Origin: an uncultured Planctomycetaceae bacterium | Lineage (GTDB): Bacteria > Planctomycetota > Planctomycetia > Planctomycetales > Planctomycetaceae | Assembly (NCBI GenBank): GCA_963976765.1 | Contig: CAXBME010000012.1 | Span: forward strand, 186,001-217,188 | DNA: 31,188 nt | Direction of reading: 5' to 3' | Part shown: one piece after another, positions 1 to 7,387 of the stretch | Position numbering within the stretch: position 1 is the stretch's first letter | Layout of the letters: each line of letters starts with the position of its first letter | Notes under the pieces: generated by a model | Seen by the model: only the letters and a program-made list of their open reading frames with translations | What the model was told of the DNA's origin: nothing | The model's database searches: none | Program-made: the position numbers and the translations under genes

Positions 1-1
1 C

Positions 2-913
2 GTTGGTATTGGAGTCCTGACGGTCAGTGGTCGCCTAGTCGAATGGTGGCACACGGATCCGGCCATCGTCGCGTCTACTGCGGCGTCCGCTCAGCAGTCG
101 GCTGGCTCTGCGATCCGCTGGGGAGTTGGCGAATCGGCCGTCAGTATTCTGACCGGCGACCAGACGGTTCGCATGGAACGAAAAGTCATCTTCGGTGACC
201 AGGATCGCGTTGACAGCATTCTGTTGGACCGCCTGATCAGAATGCTCGAATCAGACACAGCTCGGCCCATACCAGAATCGGGAGAGAAATCTGCCGAGCA
301 GCAAACACGATTGCTCGGCCTGCTTGCGACTCTGACACCAATCAAAAGTCGTGAAGGTCGCTGGAGCATTTATCGGCTTGACCAGACAAACAATCCCCTG
401 CCCGGCAGCTTTCTGATGGCAACAAGTTCCGCAGGAACGCCGTCGAGTCCTGATTCACTCGTCGCCTGGGCAATCGCGACGCCAAGTGGCCCGCAACAAT
501 GGACGTCTTTCCTGTTGACCCCAGCCGGAGTCGGTCACGGTGCCGGGCCTCACGTTACGCCGGTTCCGGATGACGGAAAGCTTCTGTTGTCATTGAGAAC
601 GGACACGCATGATGAATTGACCGTGTTTCAACGATTCGATGCCCAGCGTTCAGACATCTCGCGATGGACTCAGAACATCAGCACACAGTTAACCACAGCC
701 GGTTGGCAGCAGACACGTTCGTGGCAACAATCTGCAAACGCGACAGCGGCGAGATTCGAACGACGGATGATTTCGACAGGCCATCCGCGTCAGGCGATGG
801 AACTGACTCTGTCGTTTTCTGAATCCGGCAGACTCACGGGCACCTCAAACGTCATCGCTCTTCCGACGCCGGAACGGGCGCCTTCCGACGCAGCCGAAGA
901 CCACACCTCTTAG
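2..913 (+). CDS. Hypothetical membrane-anchored protein, 5'-truncated by the window edge
   Basis: The frame of ORF 173..913 is open back to position 2 (VGIGVLTVSGRLVEWWHTDP...), which looks like the end of a TM helix. The stop lies 16 bp before the next co-directional gene. No recognisable catalytic motif. Confidence 0.75.
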   Translation, partial: VGIGVLTVSGRLVEWWHTDPAIVASTAASAQQSAGSAIRWGVGESAVSILTGDQTVRMERKVIFGDQDRVDSILLDRLIRMLESDTARPIPESGEKSAEQQTRLLGLLATLTPIKSREGRWSIYRLDQTNNPLPGSFLMATSSAGTPSSPDSLVAWAIATPSGPQQWTSFLLTPAGVGHGAGPHVTPVPDDGKLLLSLRTDTHDELTVFQRFDAQRSDISRWTQNISTQLTTAGWQQTRSWQQSANATAARFERRMISTGHPRQAMELTLSFSESGRLTGTSNVIALPTPERAPSDAAEDHTS

Positions 914-929
914 ACAGACAGTAGAAATC

Positions 930-1658
930 ATGAAGGGTATCCCTGGACTCATCATTGCCGCGACGCTGGCAATCGCCGGTGGCATCTGCAACTGGCTGTA
1001 CATTGCCAGGCAGGCCGATCGCTACGAGCGTGAAAGCTTCGTCGTCGTGCGGGTCGACCAGATCCGTGCCGGTGAAAGGTTCAAACGCGAGGATTTTGAC
1101 AAGGTCGAGATCCCCAGAAATAACCTTGGGAATCTCGAAAAGATTGCGGTTCGGTGGGGAGATCTCAGCACGGTCGTCGGGCAGTCGGCGGTTAAAGATT
1201 TTGTCAGAGACCAGCTCATCCTGCAGGACGATCTCAAGACCCCACCTCAGGAAAACCTCAATCGGAAGATTGGGCCAAACGAACGAGTCGTGTGGTTGCC
1301 GGTTGACCCTCGCTCGTTCAACCCTCAGCACGTCAATCCTGGCGACATGGTTTCTTTCCGAGTTCCAACCGGTATGAGCGGCAGCCCGTCACCCACGGCT
1401 GTCGGTGCTGAACCTGCTGCCGTACTCGAAGAAATCATTGGCCCGTTCAGAATTCTTGCCTTGGGAAATCGTAAAGGGACGCCTGAAACAGCACGGATCG
1501 CGGGCCAGCGATTCGGAGCCGAGAACGTGATGGCTGTCAGCGTCGAGATTCGAGGAGCGGAGCTGGAACCCAAGGCAAAACGAATCTTCGACATCGTCGC
1601 CATGACGAATTTCAAGGGTGTTCAAGTGCTCCTGCACCCGGCTGCTGACAACAGGTAA
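930..1658 (+). CDS. Flp/Tad pilus assembly CpaB(RcpC)-like protein with SAF domain
   Basis: N-terminal TM helix, then a SAF-like segment (IRAGERFKREDF...VVGQSAVKDFVRDQLILQDDL), then RcpC-like RVVWLPVD...VNPGDMVSF and RILALG. Confidence 0.7.
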   Translation: MKGIPGLIIAATLAIAGGICNWLYIARQADRYERESFVVVRVDQIRAGERFKREDFDKVEIPRNNLGNLEKIAVRWGDLSTVVGQSAVKDFVRDQLILQDDLKTPPQENLNRKIGPNERVVWLPVDPRSFNPQHVNPGDMVSFRVPTGMSGSPSPTAVGAEPAAVLEEIIGPFRILALGNRKGTPETARIAGQRFGAENVMAVSVEIRGAELEPKAKRIFDIVAMTNFKGVQVLLHPAADNR

Positions 1659-1852
1659 CGGAATTGTCGCGAAGCTGCGGGTTACGACGGTCGCGAGGCG
1701 AAAATCGAGGATTGCTGCAACTCGGTTTTCCGAGTGACCATACCAATCCGTCGCCTAACGAGGTCAGCCTCGGTATGCTTTTCCCCTTGCGGGCGCCCTT
1801 GGAAAGTACCAGCAGCTGAATAATCGGGACGCGAGTCTCGAAAGAAATATCA

Positions 1853-3082
1853 ATGGCCAACGACGATTCCGAATTTCAACCCGATGACGATTCGATCGGG
1901 TTTGTCGAAACAAAGCAGGTGACGCTGTTCCAGGCACCGAATGAACTCTGCCTTGAAAGCGGCGTTAGATTCGGACCGATTGATGTCGCCTATGAAACTT
2001 ACGGAACGCTGTCCCCGGAGAAAGACAATGCAATTTTTGTCTGCCATGCGTTAACGGGCGATGCCCACGTCGCTGGCTGGCACGCGGGCAAAGAGCAAAA
2101 ACCTGGATGGTGGAACGATCTTGTCGGTCCCGGTAAAGGCCTGGACACCAACAAGTATTTCGTGATTTGTGCGAACGTTTTGAGCGGCTGCAAAGGCACG
2201 ACCGGTCCCAGCAGCATCGATCCGAAAACGGGAAAGCAGTACGGGCTGAACTTTCCATTCATTACGGTCGGAGACATCGTCAAGGTTCACGCTGCTCTCG
2301 TCGAGCACCTCGGTATCTCAAAACTGCTTGCCGTGGTAGGCGGAAGTCTCGGTGGCATGCAGGTGTTGGAATGGGCCGCTCGTTTTCCGGATCAGATGGC
2401 AGCGGTTGTTTGCCTGGCAGCAGCAGCGAAGTTGTCGGCTCAGGGCATCGCGTTCAACGTCGTCGGGAGACGGGCCATCTTCACGGATCCAAAGTTCAAC
2501 AAAGGCGAGTATTACGACGATCCGGAAGGGCCTCGCTTTGGGCTCGCCCTCGCGCGCATGGTCGCCCATATCACGTACTTGTCAGATGTTTCGATTGAAG
2601 ACAAATTTGGTCGGCGACTCCAGCATAGCAGCCAATTCAAATTCAACCTCGATCAGGAAACTGAATTTCAGGTCGGCAGCTACCTTCATTACCAGGGGAA
2701 ACGTTTTGTCGAGCGGTTCGACGCTAACAGTTACGTCTGCCTGACACACGCCATGGACTATTTCGATCTGGCCGAGCAGTATGGTTCAATTCGCAAAGCT
2801 CTTGAGAACTGCAACGCCAACTTTCTACTGGCTTCCTACACCAGTGACTGGCTCTTTACGACCGCTCAGAGTCTGGAGATCGTATCGGAGCTTGTGAAAG
2901 GAAAACGCAACGTTTCATTTGTCGAGCTGACCAGTTCCAAAGGTCATGACGCCTTCCTGCTCGAAATCGAACCCTTGGTCCAACTCGTCAGACCATTACT
3001 GGAAAGAACGCGTCTGGAAATGGTACAGCAACGTCCAAAAGACGCCGCTGGGGCTGCGGAAAGAGGTAATTACGGTGGGTAA
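1853..3082 (+). CDS. metX: Homoserine O-acetyltransferase
   Basis: Motifs AYETYGTL, CHALTGDAH, GGSLGGMQ (catalytic Ser), ARMVAHITY, RFDANSY and GHDAFLLE; followed by metW. Confidence 0.95.
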   Translation: MANDDSEFQPDDDSIGFVETKQVTLFQAPNELCLESGVRFGPIDVAYETYGTLSPEKDNAIFVCHALTGDAHVAGWHAGKEQKPGWWNDLVGPGKGLDTNKYFVICANVLSGCKGTTGPSSIDPKTGKQYGLNFPFITVGDIVKVHAALVEHLGISKLLAVVGGSLGGMQVLEWAARFPDQMAAVVCLAAAAKLSAQGIAFNVVGRRAIFTDPKFNKGEYYDDPEGPRFGLALARMVAHITYLSDVSIEDKFGRRLQHSSQFKFNLDQETEFQVGSYLHYQGKRFVERFDANSYVCLTHAMDYFDLAEQYGSIRKALENCNANFLLASYTSDWLFTTAQSLEIVSELVKGKRNVSFVELTSSKGHDAFLLEIEPLVQLVRPLLERTRLEMVQQRPKDAAGAAERGNYGG

Positions 3083-3725
3083 GAAACGCTACTGCATGCC
3101 CGACCCTCAGGCGGCCATTACCGACGAGCTTTTAATGCAGCACATTGAACGCGGCAGTCGTGTCATCGACCTTGGCTGTGGTGACGGACGGCTCCTGGAA
3201 AAACTGCGGGATGATCATGGCTGCTCGGTGCAGGGCGCCGAGCTGGACCTGAGCGAGATCTACGCGTGCATCGCTCGCGGTGTGCCGGCAATTCTGATGG
3301 ACCTGGACCAAGGACTGTCAACGATTCCGGATGATACGTTCGACATCGCGGTGCTCAGTCAGACGCTGCAACAGGTTCGACATCCGGCCTCAGTGCTTTC
3401 TGAAATGCTGAGAATTTCGCGTCGCGCCCTGGTCGTCGTGCCGAACTTCGCTCACTGGAAAATCCGACAGCAGGTGGTCATCAGCGGTCGCACACCAGTC
3501 ACTGAGTCACTCCCCTACTCATGGTACAACACACCCAATCTGCATTTCATGTCGATGGCGGATTTTCGGGAACTGGCTGGGCGACTCAATGTAAGAATCG
3601 TTCACGAAATCCCGATTATCGCCGGTCGACCGCAACGCCGCGCCTGGCTCCCAAATGTTCGCGCCGAAAGTCTGTTCTATATTCTTGAACGCGGTGACCG
3701 GGACGATTCTTCAACGGCGGCCTGA
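3075..3725 (+). CDS. metW: Methionine biosynthesis protein MetW (SAM-dependent methyltransferase fold)
   Basis: Motifs VIDLGCGDG, LSQTLQQV, PNFAHW and LPYSWYNTPNLH. Likely GTG start at 3075 overlapping the metX stop, with GAGG upstream; alternative ATG at 3096. Confidence 0.93.
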   Translation: MGKKRYCMPDPQAAITDELLMQHIERGSRVIDLGCGDGRLLEKLRDDHGCSVQGAELDLSEIYACIARGVPAILMDLDQGLSTIPDDTFDIAVLSQTLQQVRHPASVLSEMLRISRRALVVVPNFAHWKIRQQVVISGRTPVTESLPYSWYNTPNLHFMSMADFRELAGRLNVRIVHEIPIIAGRPQRRAWLPNVRAESLFYILERGDRDDSSTAA

Positions 3726-3987
3726 CTGTTGCCGTCGTGCAACACAAGTTTCCGCAGAACAAACCAGTACCGTCGCCACGTCCGGATAATCTCCCTGGTG
3801 ATTGGTTGAGTATCGCGAGCCATCGTCAGCATCGGCGTGCGCAGAATCTATGATTGAGAGAACTGTCTTCAGCTTCTGTAAGTAAGGTGTGGTGGTTCCG
3901 ACTCTATATTCTGCATCAGGTTGCCGTTACCCAGTAAGGCCGCTTGATTGACACACTGATTCCGCAAACCAGCAGGCACCCGACACA

Positions 3988-4893
3988 ATGAGCGTCTCGA
4001 TCCTGAATGAAGAATTAGCTCCCGAGACAAAACAGCCATCCAGCAAAGGCACTGCCGTGCGAACTGGAGAGCAACCAGTTTCTGAGCTGTCCGACCTTGT
4101 TGATCTCTACGCGGTTGCTGAATACCTCCCGCCGGCTGACTGGGTTACTCGTTTGAGCCTTGTGAAACCTCGACGGGACGTACTTTGCTTGAGTCTGACG
4201 ACCAGATTCTTCAAACGCGTACTCGACATTGTTGTTTCGCTGACCATGATCGTTCTCCTCGCACCAGTGCTGGCTCTTACCGCTCTGACCGTGCGTCTGA
4301 CTTCTCCCGGCCCGGTGATTTTCCGACAGCAAAGGGTTGGGCTGAATCTGCGTGGCAGCACGAAAACGAAGAAAGATCGCCGCCAGTTGTCAGATGGGGC
4401 AATCCCCGAAACCGGTGACCGCCGGCAAGGAACTGACCGCCGAGCCGAGACCAACTACGGCAAGCCATTTACCCTTTACAAGTTCAGAACGATGCGGAAC
4501 GACGCTGAGAAGAATGGTGCGCAATTTGCGACAAAGGGTGACCCGCGTGTTACGTCGATCGGTCGCTTCCTGCGTAAGACTCGACTCGATGAATTGCCGC
4601 AGCTCTGGAATGTGCTCAAGGGGGAAATGACACTCGTCGGACCTCGCCCCGAACGCCCTGAATTTATGCAGGAACTGTCCGAAGAAATTCCCAACTATCT
4701 CGACCGACTCGGTCTGAAGCCCGGATTGACTGGACCTGCTCAGGTGATCAACGGCTACGATAACAATATCGAAAGCTTCCGTCGTAAAGTCGCACTGGAC
4801 CTGCTGTACCTTCAGAACTGCTGCATCTGGAATGACATAAAGATTCTCTTCAAGACGATTCGAGTCGTCCTGACCGGCAGCGGAGCGCTGTAA
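3988..4893 (+). CDS. Bacterial sugar transferase (polyprenyl-phosphate phosphoglycosyl transferase, WcaJ/WbaP/PglC catalytic-domain family)
   Basis: KRVLDIVVS plus a single membrane segment, SPGPVIFRQQRVG, YKFRTM, DPRVTSIGRFLRKTRLDELPQLWNVLKGEMTLVGPRPE, KPGLTG and DLLY. Confidence 0.93.
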   Translation: MSVSILNEELAPETKQPSSKGTAVRTGEQPVSELSDLVDLYAVAEYLPPADWVTRLSLVKPRRDVLCLSLTTRFFKRVLDIVVSLTMIVLLAPVLALTALTVRLTSPGPVIFRQQRVGLNLRGSTKTKKDRRQLSDGAIPETGDRRQGTDRRAETNYGKPFTLYKFRTMRNDAEKNGAQFATKGDPRVTSIGRFLRKTRLDELPQLWNVLKGEMTLVGPRPERPEFMQELSEEIPNYLDRLGLKPGLTGPAQVINGYDNNIESFRRKVALDLLYLQNCCIWNDIKILFKTIRVVLTGSGAL

Positions 4894-5114
4894 GTCATTC
4901 TGATGATTCTGGTAGCGAAAGAGAGCGGAATTCGGAAACGTACCCATTGCTTGAGGGCGATTCCACGCGGACGACGCGCATCGCTCACTACTGTTTAACT
5001 GCGAATGAGGCACCGAATTGAATCGCTCGTCGGCTGGTTAGAGAACGCTGGAGACGATCAAAATCTGACGTCACCAGCGTTTCTGTTTTCAAGGGTTGTC
5101 GAGTTCGACTTCAG

Positions 5115-5495
5115 TTACTCATTGTTCTTCGCTTCAAACGACTTGATCGCTTCTTCTTGAGAATCGAAGCAGGGCCAGAGACGGGTCAGGTTCATCGACT
5201 GCATCACTTCCTGCATCGTGTCGGACGTACAGCAAAATGCCGCGTACCCTTTTTTCGCCGTAATTTTTCTCGCCAGTTTGATGATCGCACTGATCATAAT
5301 TGAACCAACGATCTCGACATTTCTGAAATTAATCACAAGGTGCTGCGCGTTCTGTCGGTCAATCGCCGTGATGACCGCGTTCGTCTCGCTATGAATATCG
5401 CTGTAACGAAATCCGGTTGAATCCCCCTGAGGAGTCAAAACGAGGACGTTTCCGACAACTTCTATGGTGAAGACGGTGTTGATTTGAGTCATCAT
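5115..5495 (-). CDS. STAS-domain anti-sigma factor antagonist
   Basis: About 125 aa with LVINFRNVEIVGSIMISAII (conserved phosphorylatable Ser position) and the MNLTRLWPCFDSQEEAI ending typical of SpoIIAA/RsbV-like proteins. Start is ATG 5495 or 5492. Confidence 0.85.
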   Translation of the reverse strand: MMTQINTVFTIEVVGNVLVLTPQGDSTGFRYSDIHSETNAVITAIDRQNAQHLVINFRNVEIVGSIMISAIIKLARKITAKKGYAAFCCTSDTMQEVMQSMNLTRLWPCFDSQEEAIKSFEAKNNE

Positions 5496-5644
5496 GAAAA
5501 TTCTCAAGGCAGCGCGATCGAGCAATGTAAATTAGTTACACCCTGAATGTGGTCGGAGCAACTCTGGCCGGCACTATGGGCAGAAGCTGATCGCTCGTTA
5601 ACACGGCCTCATTAATGGCATTACAGAGCGTCGCAACATTCTAA

Positions 5645-5659
5645 AGGTGTATAACACCT
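5645..5659. promoter_or_regulatory. Perfect palindrome AGGTGT-ATA-ACACCT, possible transcription factor site upstream of the STAS gene
   Basis: The inverted repeat is seen directly in an AT-richer intergenic region; function is inferred. Confidence 0.3.
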
Positions 5660-5788
5660 CTCAGCAGCGAATCCTTCGAAAGAATCCTTCGATCTGAGCA
5701 AAAACGGGCAAATTCAATTCCAGTTCAAGTGGCCGTTAAGTATTGAAAGAACTGCTCAGACGATTGGAAAGTAAACATGCAATCTCGT

Positions 5789-7084
5789 TTATTCAATGCA
5801 GCTTGAAGAATTCTGCCGGTATAGTGGCCGCTGGAAAGCCGCCGCTGTTGCCAATGCGATGACGGGAACGATGGCAGACCGCATTCGAGCATTGGACCAA
5901 TAGACAGAATGCACGAGGACCAGCGCCACGACCATTGTCGGAATGGTCCAATACTTCAGCCACATCCTGATACAACAGATAAAGCCGACCGCTGCCAGCA
6001 CAAACGCCCCCAGATAGTAGACTCGCCCGCCTTGAATCAGCCACGTTGGAATGTCCGTTGACACAGACGGTTGGCAAGCCCAGAACCGCTGAACTCTCAG
6101 ACTACAACTTTGTACGAACTTCATAGGATTGCTGAGAATCCACTGCTTCGCCATCCGAGATAGCTCAGCATCGCGCGATACTTCGTCAGTACTGGAAATT
6201 CCAATTGCAGACAGGTGACGCTCATTTTCGCTCTGCCAGCCGCTAAGGCTTAAGGCCCTCCATGGTGCCCCTCCCATGACAACTTCGTTGAAAAACGTTT
6301 CGTTGTTTCCCAGCAACAGGGTGTAACCTCCATGAGTCGTCATCAGAATGGGGCGACCGAATACCATTGAGTTCCGTATAACCCACGGAGAGACGGTCAT
6401 TGCCACAGCAGCGAGGCACACTATTCCGACCTTCAAATGTCTTGAACAGGTTCGCGAAATGAACACATCGTCACCCAGACAGCCACGCCCATTTTTGACC
6501 ACCCAGACGGCTCCTGCGGTCGCTCCAAACGCCCAGATAGATGGACGACATAAAGCTGCCAACCCGAAAAGCAGCCCAACACGGGCGCTCTTTGCAATTT
6601 CATTTCCATCCCACAAAGTCGCGGCGAGCAGCATTGTCACCAGAAATGTCGACAATGTCTCGGTCATTGCCTGAGTCGTATACTCAATCAGCAACGGATC
6701 AATCGCCACTAACGTTGCAGCGATCGCCGCTGTACGCCTCGAAAGCTGGCAGCGACCAGCAAGATGCCACGTTAGCCAGACGGTGGCTGTCCCGAGCAGG
6801 ATCTGGACAGCTCCAAGCACGCTTGCACCGCCAGCGTAATTACACGCGGCAACGACAAACGGGTAGAGCGGCGGCCTGTAAGCCGTCGGCTGCCCAGGTG
6901 TAGAACAGTAGCCGTGTCCACTCAGAAGATTCTGAGCGATGTCGTGATAGTCATCCCGGTCGACCTGAAGATTTTCAAAACGTACCACGACAGCAGCGAC
7001 TCTCAGCAGGCAGGCGACCGCAAGGATCCACGCGATTACAGGCACACGACCTGAGCCACTCCCGCTGCCGTATTCTCTCGACAT
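5789..7084 (-). CDS. Multi-pass membrane glycosyltransferase, GT-C fold (GT39/ArnT/PMT_2-like)
   Basis: DRDDYHDIAQNLLSGHGY...PTAYRPPLYP loop after TM1, MTETLSTFL, GLAALCRP, PWVIRN, and many TM helices. ATG at 7084; the ORF is open to 7111. Confidence 0.85.
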   Translation of the reverse strand: MSREYGSGSGSGRVPVIAWILAVACLLRVAAVVVRFENLQVDRDDYHDIAQNLLSGHGYCSTPGQPTAYRPPLYPFVVAACNYAGGASVLGAVQILLGTATVWLTWHLAGRCQLSRRTAAIAATLVAIDPLLIEYTTQAMTETLSTFLVTMLLAATLWDGNEIAKSARVGLLFGLAALCRPSIWAFGATAGAVWVVKNGRGCLGDDVFISRTCSRHLKVGIVCLAAVAMTVSPWVIRNSMVFGRPILMTTHGGYTLLLGNNETFFNEVVMGGAPWRALSLSGWQSENERHLSAIGISSTDEVSRDAELSRMAKQWILSNPMKFVQSCSLRVQRFWACQPSVSTDIPTWLIQGGRVYYLGAFVLAAVGFICCIRMWLKYWTIPTMVVALVLVHSVYWSNARMRSAIVPVIALATAAAFQRPLYRQNSSSCIE

Positions 7085-7387
7085 GATTCGTTCCCGAGCC
7101 TCCGTAACCACCGATTGGCCAATCGTAACCGGTCACCAGAGTTATTGAACTGTCGACCGTCCATATGCGCCCTACCGACAATCGGTCACGGAGCAATACG
7201 TTTCTGAGCGTCCGATTTAGACTGCGAGGCGACGAAGTCGGTATCCGCTGCGAAGGTTCATCACTCGGCTGCAGGCACATCCGATACCGGAATGGCACTC
7301 TGAGGTTCTATTAGCGAGTAGCAACCAGATGCCAGCAGCACTATTCTTCGTCGCAGATCAAGAACCAACCAAGTCAATGAAAGCGTA

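Noticed and set aside
1659..1852. Canonical SAM-I or SAM-II riboswitch
   Set aside because: Consensus elements were not recognised; kept only as an unclassified structured-leader candidate.
2946..3074. N-terminal extension of metW, or a metX-metW frameshift fusion
   Set aside because: It overlaps the metX C-terminus, metX is complete, and GTG 3075 with an RBS explains simple translational coupling.
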